Origin: Pelomyxa schiedti
Lineage: Eukaryota > Protista > Evosea
Direction of reading: 5' to 3'
NCBI GenBank assembly: GCA_020536535.1
Contig: JAHLWZ010000455.1
Span: 1 to 64,000 of the forward strand
Length of the DNA stretch: 64,000 nt
Below the pieces are notes generated by a model. It did not search any database. It saw nothing but the letters and a program-made list of their open reading frames with translations, and was not told the origin of the DNA. A program made the translations under genes and the position numbers. Below, piece after piece: positions 34,672 to 46,822 of this stretch. Within the stretch, counting starts at the first letter, position 1. The number at the start of each line of letters is the position of its first letter.

Positions 34672-35226
34672 TTATCTTGCTTCGAATTGTATCACTAGAT
34701 AAAATATAAACATAAAGCAATGTTCCATGAAAAAAAAATACACACTTTTTGAGGTTCTCTTCTTATATAAAATTCTGTATCCGCAACCTCTGTAGTAAAG
34801 TGAGTCATGCGGGTTAAAGACACACGGCAACTCACTTGCATCTAATGGCGTCGTTTTGTGACATTAACACTTCCATCCCGCAATCTGACATGGTTTTAGA
34901 TTAGGAACCAACAACAAGCAAACGAAAAAACCACAGACACACAAAAGCAAAGCAAAACAAAAACAAAAAACAAAAACAAAAAAAACCCATCGAATGACAG
35001 AGTCACACACACCTCCGCAGACGTAAGTGACTTGGTAGGGCTGCTGGCCGCTGCCCATGCCTCCGGTTGTCGAGGGTGGCGCCGCCGCGCTGGGCGTCGC
35101 CCCCGTGGCCGCCGAGGTGCTCGCTGGCGCCGCTGCCGGCGTCGACGTCCCCGTCGTCGGTGGCGTAGCTGCTGTTGTGGTTGCAGATCCGGTTGGTGTC
35201 GATGCCCCGCTACTACGCCGCGACAT
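34672..35226 (-). CDS. RPB12: RNA polymerase I/II/III shared subunit RPABC4 (Rpb12), with Thr/Ala/Pro-rich N-terminal extension
   Basis: Spliced VTYVCG-DCG...AIRC-..CGYRILYKKRT...QFEAR* zinc ribbon. Confidence 0.92.
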
Positions 35227-35432
35227 GTTGCGTGTGTTGTGTGTTGCTAATTGAGATCCGGGCAATTAAAGATTCGAAATGGACGACCCAGTCCCGCTGT
35301 CTCAGAATTCAGGACACCGCGGGCGGAACACTAACTGCCCCTTCGGAGTGTCAAGGCTCCCCCTGTCTCTGAGAAACTCGGCTTCCTTCTCAGAGTGAGG
35401 GGTTCCCGCCCTTGTTCCTGTAAAAGAAAAAA

Positions 35433-38400
35433 ATGAGGTTCATTTGGGTGTTGGCGTTTGTGGCGTTTTGTTGGGCGCAGGACAACAACCCCATTGCGGA
35501 TCCAAGTGCTATAATTATCCAAAAGGTTGGTGTTGTGGTTTTTTACTTGTTTACAAAGAGACCTCCAACAAGCTGTCAACTTATTTTTTTTTTTGTTCCC
35601 CTTTCGTAGAATGCACGGTTCACTATCCTCACTGATCGAATGGTGAGGATGGAATGGTCCCCAACGGGAGTTTTTGAGGATGCAGCTACTACTGTTGTGT
35701 TGAACAGGAGGACAACTGTTCCTTCTTTCAAGAAGACTCAGTCTTTTTCATCCCTATGTATGTGGATTTTTTGGGAGTTCCTCTGTATTCTAACTTGACC
35801 ACAAAAGCCATCACTACAAATTACTTGTCAATTCAATACACGTCAACTGGTACGAAGTGCCTGTGTACAGTGGTTTTTATGGTATTCATGGTGTATAGGA
35901 TCAGTTCCTTTCTCTGGAAACAACTTGATCATTAGCCTCACTGTTGGGAGCAACGTAGTTGTCTGGACACCAGACAGTGTTGATTCTGGCAATTTTTACG
36001 GCACTGTTCGTACCTTGGATGGTGTAAATGGCACCCTGAACTTAGATTGCCGGACAAATCCAAATGCTGAGCAGTTGTATTGTGCATATGGATTGGTGAG
36101 TCTGACCCCAGTCCTGCAATAAACCTGACACACTCAGGTTTCTGAATTGGGTTGGACTTTAGTGGATGACTCTGAATCCGCACTATTTGATTCTAACGAC
36201 TACCAGTGGATACTACCTCGCAACACAACAGACCAGTACGATTGGTACTTCTTGGGCTATGCCCGTGACCACAAAAGTGCTCTTGCGGACTTCACAAAAA
36301 TCGCTGGCAAAATTCCCATTCCCCCAAGATATGCATTTGGAGTTTTCTTTTCAAGGTACCGTTGAGATCTACTTTTCCTTACCCTAAGGGCATCAGGTGG
36401 TGGGCTTATAGTGACTATGACACCCGGCAAATAGTTACAGAATACGAGCAACACCAAACACCTCTCGACGTGGTTGTAACGGTAACTCCCCCCACATGCT
36501 AACCCTTTTCTAAAATCATTTCCCTTCCAGGATATGGATTGGTAAGGATATGTGTTGGTGACATTTTTGACTATTTCTTCAGGCATATTACATTCTACAA
36601 AGAAGCTGACCAAGGTGTTGTTGACCAAGCAGGGCAGGTAAAAATTTCGAGTTTCCACTTTTTTTTTCACTGTCTTCCAGACAATTGGTTGGACAGGGTA
36701 CACATGGGATACACATTTATTCCCGTACCCTGAGCAATACACTTCTTGGTGCAAACAAAAGGGATTGAAGAACACCGTCAATATTCACCCTGCATCAGGA
36801 GTACCCGTTTTCTGCCTATCTGATCATTTTCTTACCTAATCAGGTGCAACCATGGGAGGAAGAATACCCCCCAATGGCTACCGCTATGGGTATAGACCCG
36901 GCTACTCAGATTTATGTTCCGTTTGACATCAACAACTCCACTTTTGCGTTCAACTTCCTGGATATTGTAATGCAACCAGTGCTGGATAAGGGCATCGACT
37001 TCTTCTGTAAATTTTCTCTTTGATATACTTTTTCCCTCTCATTACTTCTAGGGTTGGATTGGCAGCAATGGACTAATGGTGGGTTCTTGCTTTCATTTTC
37101 TAAGAGTACGGCACTAAACTAAAAAAAGGAAACCCAAATCCTACAATTATGCTGAACTATGGTATTTTTGCTCATTTTCATATTCTTTTTATAACCTCAA
37201 TTCTTCAGTTTTCTTTACCAACCCACAGCGAGTTGGGTCTGACAATAGAGGCATGATACTCCACAGGTGTCTTTCCCTTTAGGTAACATACACAACAACT
37301 AAAAAGTTTCTATTGGCAGATGGGGTGGATTGGGCAATCACCGGTATCAAATGGGATTTTCTGGTGATGTTGTCCCCTCTTGGGAATCACTTGATTTCCA
37401 ACCATATTTCACCTTGACTGCCGCCAATGTACTCTACGGGTAAAGAAAGAATCCCGTCTTCCATTTTATTTATGCTTGACTTAAGGTACTGGAGCCATGA
37501 TATTGGTGGACATACAGAACCTTGTCCTGCTGAACTTTATACAAGATGGGTGCAATGGGGAGTTTGGTCCCCAGTGTTCAGAACTCACTGCACCAAGGAC
37601 CCAGATAACGATAGGAGGGTATCTAATTTCTGTTTTTGCCATCATGTTCAATTTTTTTTAAAAAGATATGGATTTATCCTTTGGAAAACTTTCAAATTAT
37701 GAGAGATGCCATTGCTTTAAGATCGCAGGTTGTTCATTATTTCCTTTCCCAGTATTTCTTTATGCTGAATCACACAAGATGGTACCGTACATTTACAACC
37801 ATGCCAAAGTAGCCTATGACACTGGAGTATCCCTTGTGCATCCTCTATTTTATGACTGGCCCGAGGAAGCTGAGGCGTATGAGTCTAGGTTCTCACAGTT
37901 CATGTTCGGCTCAGATATTCTTGTCTCACCAATTACGGAGCCTGTGGACGAATGGACACAAATGACAACTAAATGTACAGTGCCACACCATCTTTTTTCA
38001 GTTCCTGAGTTGGTTGGTTTTATGCAGACACATTCATACCCGAGGGAACGTGGATACAATGGGCAACCGGGTCAGCTTATACAGGTCCAATGACAATTGA
38101 AAAAGAGTACACTCTGCACGAAACTCCTGTCTTCGTGAAAGCTGGCGCTGTATGGAAATACCTTATTGGTTATTGTATTCCTTTTCTTTTACTGTCACTA
38201 GGTAATACCTATGTTACCTTCAAGCAAACCTCTTACTGGAAGCGCAAAGGAAGCTTACACCTCCCTCCTCTTAACAATTTTCCCATATAAAACTGCTTCG
38301 GGATCCACAACACTGTATGAAGATGATGGTGAGACTGACGACTACCAAAATGGAGTCTATGCAGAGACTACCATCACGTACGAAACAGTTTGGTTTCTGT

Positions 38401-39049
38401 AACGCTAATGAACGCTGATAGGTACACACCACTTTCAAATACACGAATGCAGGTGGTTGTCAATCCTCTTCAGGGACAAATATTCTCGTCAACGCGTACA
38501 TACGAATTCTCATTTGTAGGGGTTATGCCTGCAAATTCTGTTACTCTTAATGGAGTGTCTCTTACATACGTATCTCAAAGAGGTTCGGAGACGTCAGGTT
38601 TGTTTTTTGTACAATCCAGAATAGACCTCATTCGTGAAAACGCAGGTTGGACGTATGACGGTAGCACCTTGACAATTACTGCCTGGACCCTTACACCGCA
38701 GTCTGTCAGCAGCACTCTGACTTTGTTGGTAGATCTTCCTTCAGGTCAAGATCTGTCTCTAGGAGCACTCTCCGGGTATACCGGTTGTATTGCCAGGTTG
38801 CAACTTGCAAAGCAGGCTTATGACAACGAATGGGGCACAGGTGTATACAACGAAGATGTGTATACTATGCTGACACTAGGTGAGTCCGGCGAAAGGATCG
38901 ACTACGAGATCTCGACCGCGTGGGACGAGTACAACTCCCTTATCACAGATCTCCCAACAGCAATCGACGAGATACGGGCCCTTGCCGGTGTTCTAGACGA
39001 GCACGCGTACCAGAAGATCCTCTCCTGGCTTATGACTTGTTCTGCATAA
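35433..39049 (+). CDS. Secreted glycoside hydrolase family 31 (alpha-glucosidase/xylosidase-like)
   Basis: Signal peptide MRFIWVLAFVAFCWA; NNPIADPSA, RFTILTDRMVRMEW; IPPRYAFG; DMDW nucleophile; GFSGD; WSHDIGGH; RWVQWG; LYEDDG. Confidence 0.92.
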
Positions 39050-39247
39050 TAAACAAAAAAAATAATGACAAGTGCCTTGTTTGTTTCTTTCTCCTTCTGC
39101 TTAGAATCTTTGGCATTATTGCCCTGCTTGAGTCCACGAGACTTAACAACCCTACAACCACAAACACAACTTAAAAGCAAGGCCTCAGTACCTACACTGC
39201 CAGAAAGTGATCACTTGAAAAAGAAAAACCCGTACATAGGACAATAG

Positions 39248-41724
39248 ATGTCGGGAAGTGCACCGGCTGACCAGGAACAACAACAAGCAGCCGTCGCTGC
39301 TAGTGCCAGTTCGTCGCCCAAGAAAACAAAGTCTCCAACAAAGGCCAAATCTAGCGCGAAGGAGAAGGCAACCGATGCCCCCAAGGCTCCATGGGGACGC
39401 CTTGTTTCCTTGTCACCCAGTATCCCTTCATTTGATTTGGTGGAGGACAGCTTCATTGTGGGGAGGTACAACATTACCACTGAACAGAACAATCCGTTAC
39501 TGAGCTCCAAACACTGCACCATTTGGCGAGAAAGGACCAAGTCTTCATGGGCTGTTTTCGTGAAGGACACCAGGTTAGTCCTGTTTGCTCACTAACTTTA
39601 GTACTTATCTGTTCAGCACTAATGGCACTTTTGTCAACAATGACGAGGTCCCCCTTGGGAGAGGCAAGAAAATCCTTATTACAAATGGCGCTGATATTGC
39701 TCTCTTAAATCCGAGAAGGAAAGTTGGTAATGCAGCAAGTGGCTGTTGAGTGCTCTTCAGTTGACTCTTTTTAGATCAAGTTACATTTATGTTCATCGAC
39801 ATAGCCGAAGAAGAAAATGAAACCAAACACGTATCTCACCCAAGGTCACACCTTTCTACGAAATTCTAAATCATCCTTAGGGAGGACCACAGTTAAAATA
39901 CGAACTTCGTGAGTTTCTTGGCGTGTAAGCTTCTTCCCTGTCATCTAAAGTGAGGAGAATTATAAATCACATTAATAGGGGCATGTACGCTATGGTTCGT
40001 CTTGTAATTGAGCGGTCCACGGGAATGAAATACGCTATGAAGGTTCTCTTCATCTGTGGTTTTGAAGCTCAATATAAGCAGATTATTGACAAGTACAAGT
40101 TCAAGCTACAGACAAAGCGCAAGAATGCCCTCCTTGAAGAGGTCAAGATCTTGCAGAAAGTACACCACCCAAACATTATTGGCATCCAGGATGTCTTTGA
40201 AACCCCAACACGGCTTTATATTGTACTGGAGCTGTATGAAAATTTCCTGTATTGGTTTTGCCTCAACTTAATCAGTGTGACTGGTGGTGAACTTTTTGAA
40301 AAAATCAAAAACGAGGAACATTTTAGTGAACCACTTTCCCGCGATATATTTATACAATGTCTTCATGCAGTTAAATATCTGCACTCCCAAGGAATCACGC
40401 ACCGAGACTTGAAACCTGAGAACATACTATTAGCCACTCCTGAGAGTCATGTCATCAAGATAAGTGGTACTGCATTTTACTTTGAGGAAACCTGCCAACT
40501 TCTCATCAGATTTCGGCTTAAGCCGCATTTTGGATGAAGGCACTATCACTCAGATGCAAACTGTTGTGGGCACTCCACAGGTTATTTAAAAGAAGGTCCT
40601 CACTTACAACTTACTTCAATTCTAGTATGTTGCCCCTGAAGTCTTATTAGGAAAAGGGTACAGACCCAATGTCGACCTATGGAGGTTTTTTTGAACAGTA
40701 TTGTTTTATTATTTGACGATATGCATATTTTTTTCACAATCGCCTCTCGCTCTTCTCCACGTGAAGTCTTGGAGGTAATGCACAAACTTGTCCCTTGTTC
40801 CTCATTTTCTTAAACCGCCACTTTAGTAATCTTGTATGTAATGCTATGTGGCTACTATCCCTTTGACGAAAATGACAATAAAAAGCTCTACGGTCAAGTA
40901 TGCCTCCATCACTTCCCTTTAAGCTTATTTGCAGTAGATCAAAGTTGGCACTTTCCAGTTTGCGGCCCCTTTTTGGGATCCTGTTTCAGAAAATGGTACC
41001 TGACATACATTAAAATAGCACTTTATTCATGTTTCAACAGCCAAAGATTTAATTCGCAAGCTTCTAACTGTTGATCCGGAAAAAAGAATAACTACTGAGG
41101 AAGCATTGGCGCATCCATGGCTTGAGGGAGTAACTTTCGACCCCATTAAGCCTGTGGTGACAGCAGCTGCGGAAAACACAACACAAACAACTACTACAAC
41201 AGCTCCCTCCGAACCACCGCCCTCTGACCCCTCTACAAGCACCTCAACTCCATCTTCTACCACAGGCAGTGCTGTATCAGCCCAATGCACACAGACATCA
41301 CAGTCTCCTCCCGAAGAATCACCTGCCTCTCCATCCTCAGAAAAGAAGGACAAAGCCAAGAAGAGCAAGGAAGGCAAAAGCAAAAGCAAAGGCAAAGCCA
41401 AGAAAAGCAAAAAAACGTCCGATAGTGATGACAGCTCTGATGATGGTGAGGAGACAGCCTCTGAAGAGGATGACTCTGAGAGCGATGACGACTCGGAGTA
41501 CGAGGACACCTCTGATGATGATTCAGATGAAGATAGTGATGAAGATGACAGTGAAGAATCCAGTGACAGTGACGAAAAGCCCGTTCCAAGTTAGCAAATC
41601 CACTCTACTGTGAATTACAACTTCCCGAGTCTAACCATAACAAGGAAAAAGAGGCCCACCGAGGAGAGCCAAGTCAGCTGCAGCCGTCCAACAGCCTACC
41701 AAACCCAAAAAAAGACGAACCTGA
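39248..41724 (+). CDS. FHA-domain CAMK-group protein kinase (Chk2/fhk-like) with acidic Ser/Asp-rich tail and basic C-terminus
   Basis: FHA: VGR...LSSKHC...DTSTNGTFVN; kinase: YAMK, HPNII, HRDLKPEN, DFG, GTPQYVAPE. Confidence 0.9.
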
Positions 41725-41837
41725 AAGCACTTTTTTTTCCAACCAAAAACTTTTCGTTTCAAACTCAAATACACAACACTTTTTCTTTTTTAGTGTGTAC
41801 ATAGACATGAAGTACAGTCGGCGTGTTTGGATTTCAA

Positions 41838-44800
41838 TTAGCAATTGAGTGTGTGTGGTTGAGGGAGGGATTCAAAGGATGGAGGGTGTGGTTCCCCAGA
41901 GGCTTCCCACAGCCAGTAGTCTTGCATGTGCTTGTGATACTGCTGTAGTGATTTCTCAACATAGACATGGAGGTGTGGATTGTAGTATTCGGCTGATGAG
42001 CATGGTGTAGTGTGGTGTTGGAGGAATTGCAGGTTTTCATCTAATTTGGCCAATAGCATCCTTGGTTTATGAAACCAGTTAGATATGACTATGAGTTGGG
42101 TGTATTCATACATATCTAGGTAGGGCTGGGAGGTAGGAAATGCACTGATTTTGGGCAGCACTGCAGATTCTGAGCGAGGATTTCAGTGCTGGTAAGGTAA
42201 TTGGATTGCGAGAGAAACCTGACCCAGCCTTTGGCTTTAGGGTCCGGATGGCGCTTCTTCTTTCTTCCGTCACCTGTTGGATTATTCAGTTGAGCCCATA
42301 CTGTGTGTTGGCCTTAGGAATTTTATTATCATTTTATGTGGAGAACGAGCACTTTGAAGGCCAAGACTTGATGGAATGCATCCCTCACTCCTAAGAAGAA
42401 TAAGCCATGAATTCACGAGGCATTGCACATACTCAAATCCCAGTGGAGAAATAGAGTAAAGAAATACTTGTGCAGAAGTAAGTCACCAAATAGTTGCTGT
42501 TTCGGTTTAGAGTGTTTAGTGAATGTGACAATTGGTACAGTACCAGTCGTGAATGGTCCAGGAATAGGTCACCATAATCATATATCAATTTTAGAGACTG
42601 CAATTAATAAGGGAAAAAAAGATCCGATAAGTTGAACGAAAAAGCACTTGTGGTATCAGGAAAAAATGGTCTGTTTCGAAAATTTTCTCAATCCCTTCGC
42701 AAAAGAAAGAGTAATTCCAACTCTTGGATAAAAATTTCTTGTGTATGACAAGCTCCTGAAACCACAAACCAATTAAACGCAACAACTCTAAAAGGCAAAA
42801 ACAAACATCAAAGTCAGTGTTATTGGGCGCTGTGTCAAATTGTTACCTGCTACAGCGGCAGAATCATATACAGGAGTTCGTGAGAAGGATACTCTAGTGG
42901 GTGTTGAGTTGAGAAAAACGTTATATCAGCGTGCCTTATTAAATAGTCAAACACATGGGGATGACAAGTTCTGATGACCATGGAATCGATGGTCAAGGCG
43001 TTGGAAGACCGGATGCTGTGGTAGTGATGAAAGAACGCTGTTAATAGGTACTTATAGCCCGGAATGTGAAGCCACTTAATTTCCCTTGAGAAAGATCAGC
43101 TAGTATTAGATTCAGAATCAGGCCAAACCTCGTCCCACAGCATTCCTGAACATGGATGAGCCACTCTTTTAAAAATTGGTGAAAAAAATCCATGCTTGTC
43201 AACAGCATATTTGCCCACTGGTGGAATATTTTGAACATATCAAATACAAATGTATAGAACTTAGATGTACCTGCTTCTTGGCCGTGAGTGTGGCTGGAGT
43301 GGTGGTTGTGGAAGGAAGTGAAGCGTGAAACTGATTCCAACCAAGAAGGGTGGGATAGGACTCTACTAAAGTACGCGACCGTTTGGAGGTACTTGATGGG
43401 AGAGTAAATGATAAAACGTTCCCAAAGTCGGCATGTGGTTCTGAGAATTTGGTACAAATTTCATTTTGCACTTCTTTAAACAGGTAAGAAATAAAGACTT
43501 GGTTAGTGTATAACCGGAAAGTCGGAAAAATAAAACTGCAAGTGCTTTCGAACAAAATGAGGATATCGGCAAGGTCATAAATGTTTTTGCCTGTACTCCA
43601 ACAACCAATTGTGGGAGCTAAGAAAGCATTAACCAATATAAGGAAGACTAGAATGCACATTAATATCATCCAGGCAAGGCTCTCGAAGGAGGTGGGCAGA
43701 TGGTTCCACTGGTGGCGTGCTACTTGAGTTCTGGTGTGTCCCGGTATTGTTGGTAGATGGTTCAGATAATATTGCAGGTGTGGTAGCATATTGTGTTTGA
43801 TTGTGCTGTGTGTTTGTTTCTTCGTCACTGCTGGAGCTGCTGCTACTACTGCTGCTGTAGCTGCTGCTGCTACTGCTGCTGCAACTGCAACTACTAGAAC
43901 TTGAACTGTCACTAGAATGAGAGCTATGACCACTGCCAAATTTGGAACCACTAGCACTCTCCCCACAATGAGTATTTGTTGGTGTGCGTTGCTCGTCAAT
44001 TCTATCAATGACATCGGGAGGGGGAATACCTGTGTCCAATATGGGTGGCTCTGATAGAGGTATTTGTTGGGGGACAAGGGAAGGGGTTGGCTGTGTAGTT
44101 TCTGTGGAGGTAGTAGTTGTGTTGGTGGCTTGATGCAACGATGCCAAGCTATTGTCTATTGAAATGGAATCTTGACAAGTTTCCGTAAAGAGGACTCTTG
44201 GTGTTGGATATTCTCGACAAGGTGGACCTGATTCACCACTTTCTGCGGAGAGGGGCAAGGTTTGTTTTAGTAACCGTGAAGCAATTTCTGCATCCAGCCG
44301 AGGAGGAGAAGATAATGGAGCCAGTGAAGCGAAGTTATAATCCGGAATAGCTAATTCAACGACATTGGTCTTAGTACTAATATGTTCCACATCGCCTGTA
44401 GAGTATTGACACAGCTGATCAGCTACAAGTTCCATGGTGGTGTAAAGTAGCCTTCTATACCGGGCAGCCAAGATGACGTGGTGTTCTAACTGCGGATTTC
44501 GAATAATGCAATCGAATTCTGGCCTACAGGCAAATTACTCCATTGCACCAAACCATGTCAGTAGAATTCTACCTCTTGATAACTGACAGTACAACATTAA
44601 ATACAACAGGATCACATTCCAGAGATGAGGGAAGAGAAGATTGCATAAGGTGATGCCACATGTCGAGTAGACATTGCTTTACAAGAATGGATTCTGCTGT
44701 ACTTAAGGGAACGCTGTGAGTGTAAAACAGGTCGAACAATCCTGCATACTTGAAAAAATCCGGAAGGAAAGAAATGCCCATTGTTGGTTCAATAGTTTTC

Positions 44801-45583
44801 AAACACTCATACAACTTAAAGACAATGGCCTGAGTGAAGTCACCAAGTGGGTTTAAAAAAAAAAAGAAGAATGCAACTTTTCTCAGTGATCCTTCAGGGT
44901 TCTCCTTCAAATTCCACAACATTGGTATCAACCTTCCGTGCACCATTTTACGCAAATCCTCCGACCTTCATTCCAAACCGAATGTATTCATTCAGTCAAA
45001 ACACCCAAACCAAAACAAAACAAAGCAAATTCAGGAGAGGCACACCATCTGCGATACGAGGAGGGCAATTTAGCTTGTGTGTAGACTTGTTGCACTATCG
45101 TCAATGCTCGCGATAGCTTGTCCATCCAAGACAAGAGAAACTCGGTTATTGTGTAAAGGGTTTCGCGTTTGCCGCTTGAATTTACATCACATTGAAACAC
45201 CTTGAGAGTCGCTGAGATTTTCCTCAGGACTTCTCCTGCTCCAGTCTAATTGGGGGTGTTTTGCTTAGAGTATCTATGCAAATCATGATGCGTTTCATCA
45301 ACTCAGAGAGAACAGAGGAGAACCGTTCGCAGCCCAGGATCTGGGATCCAACTGTTTGAAGGACATTGTTGGAGTTGTAACCACAGCCGTAAGCCAATTT
45401 GTTGCTTTTGCGTCGTGCCTCGTTTCGTGTTGTCGTCGATCGAGTACACTTCGTGGTCCGGTGTTGTGCCCATCCGTAGTGGAGCACATAGGCCGGGTGT
45501 GGATTATGGGTCTGCCCTCCCGCCGCTCCCTCCGTAGTGATTTCAGTGCCGACCACCGATCCCATAACTGTATTGCGGCGCAT
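41838..45583 (-). CDS. Large multi-exon hypothetical alpha-helical protein with Ser-rich linker (start uncertain, 45489-45583)
   Basis: Chain of long same-strand ORFs (128-292 aa) separated by GT-AG introns; no family recognised. Confidence 0.6.
43828..43915 (-). repeat. Imperfect trinucleotide (AGC/AGT)n repeat encoding poly-Ser
   Basis: ctg/cta/tag triplet array on the + strand; SSSSSSCSCSSSSSSSYSSSSSSSSSS in the 43629-44471 ORF. Confidence 0.8.
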
Positions 45584-46724
45584 TGTTCGTGGCCCAAAGT
45601 CAGCAGCAGCCCGATCCCTAGGCGTTGGGGAAGGAACTGGGGGTGACGGGAGCAACTACTTGTTTGAATTATGGGTGTCACCTACATTGGGAGTTTGTGG
45701 GCCGTGGCCACTGGGGGCAATTGCTTTGGGCTCTCAATTTGGAATTGCAATTGGGTTCCTTGATAAAGAAAGGCAGAGGTGTTTGGTTCTGGACCCTTCA
45801 TATGGCCTCGTTTCCAAACAAGTCCGTGCCGGAACGAAACGGCGTCGTAGAGCGCGATCGACAGCTGAATTGCGCCATAGGAATTGTCCTGTTGCTGATG
45901 CTTGCATTGTTCGATGTGTTGATGAGCTTGTTCCAGCCTGGCCTACATCATCGGTGCTCTGTTCGTACTTGGTATGTAACAGTGATAAGTGGGTGGTGGC
46001 CTTCCTGCAAAGTACACGAGAGCTTTTTCCTGCGGTCGAGTCTCTTCTCATTTGGAGAGTGCTTGATGGTCGTCGCGTCACCCCGTGGTTGGGTGTTGTT
46101 TGCCCAGATCCGCCGAAAATTATTAAGCTGCTTCCACATACCAGCAAGACTGACTGTGATATTCTTCTCATTGTGGAAACTGGTCGGTTCTTATTTGTTG
46201 ATCTTGGACTCACATTCACTGCTAAAGCACTCGTACCTGTTGTGGAAGTGGACATACATGTGCCGATTTTTTTCTTACTGAACGATTCAAAGTTTGAGCA
46301 CTCGTTGTACTTTAAGAATTCAGGTGAGCCCATCCTTGCACACCTTGATTGTGGAAAACTTTCCCTGAGAGCTGACGGTAGTGTTCAGTCCTTTGAAGAC
46401 ACTTCCATCTGGGTTTGTAGTGCCAAACTTACTGACCAGCTGTTTTGTATTTGGGACAACGTAGCTAGAAGCGGGGCAGTGTATAACATTAATTCACCAT
46501 CCCTTCCCTACGTTTCTCACCGTGTACTGAATCGGGAAGATTTAATTGCGACCTCTGGAGGACTGCTGGTGTTTGTTTGTGGTAGTAACATCCACTTTCG
46601 TGATCCCATAACAATGACCAATGTTCTAACCCTACACAACACATTGGGCATGCCTATTATTGTACATTCCATAGTTGACTCTCTCCAACTTTCCCTCCGT
46701 GGTTCTCTAAAACTGCCTGTTTGA
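45537..46724 (+). CDS. Intronless 395-codon hypothetical protein (no in-frame upstream ATG)
   Basis: Long uninterrupted ORF with beta-rich composition; start codon unresolved. Confidence 0.55.
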   Translation: MISVPTTDPITVLRRIVRGPKSAAARSLGVGEGTGGDGSNYLFELWVSPTLGVCGPWPLGAIALGSQFGIAIGFLDKERQRCLVLDPSYGLVSKQVRAGTKRRRRARSTAELRHRNCPVADACIVRCVDELVPAWPTSSVLCSYLVCNSDKWVVAFLQSTRELFPAVESLLIWRVLDGRRVTPWLGVVCPDPPKIIKLLPHTSKTDCDILLIVETGRFLFVDLGLTFTAKALVPVVEVDIHVPIFFLLNDSKFEHSLYFKNSGEPILAHLDCGKLSLRADGSVQSFEDTSIWVCSAKLTDQLFCIWDNVARSGAVYNINSPSLPYVSHRVLNREDLIATSGGLLVFVCGSNIHFRDPITMTNVLTLHNTLGMPIIVHSIVDSLQLSLRGSLKLPV

Positions 46725-46822
46725 GGCTGAAAGATCAACAAAATATTGGATTGGCTCTAAAAAAGTTCCACACTTTTTGAGTGTTGTTTGTGGCTTTGTG
46801 TGCTTTTTGTACTCTCTTTGCT

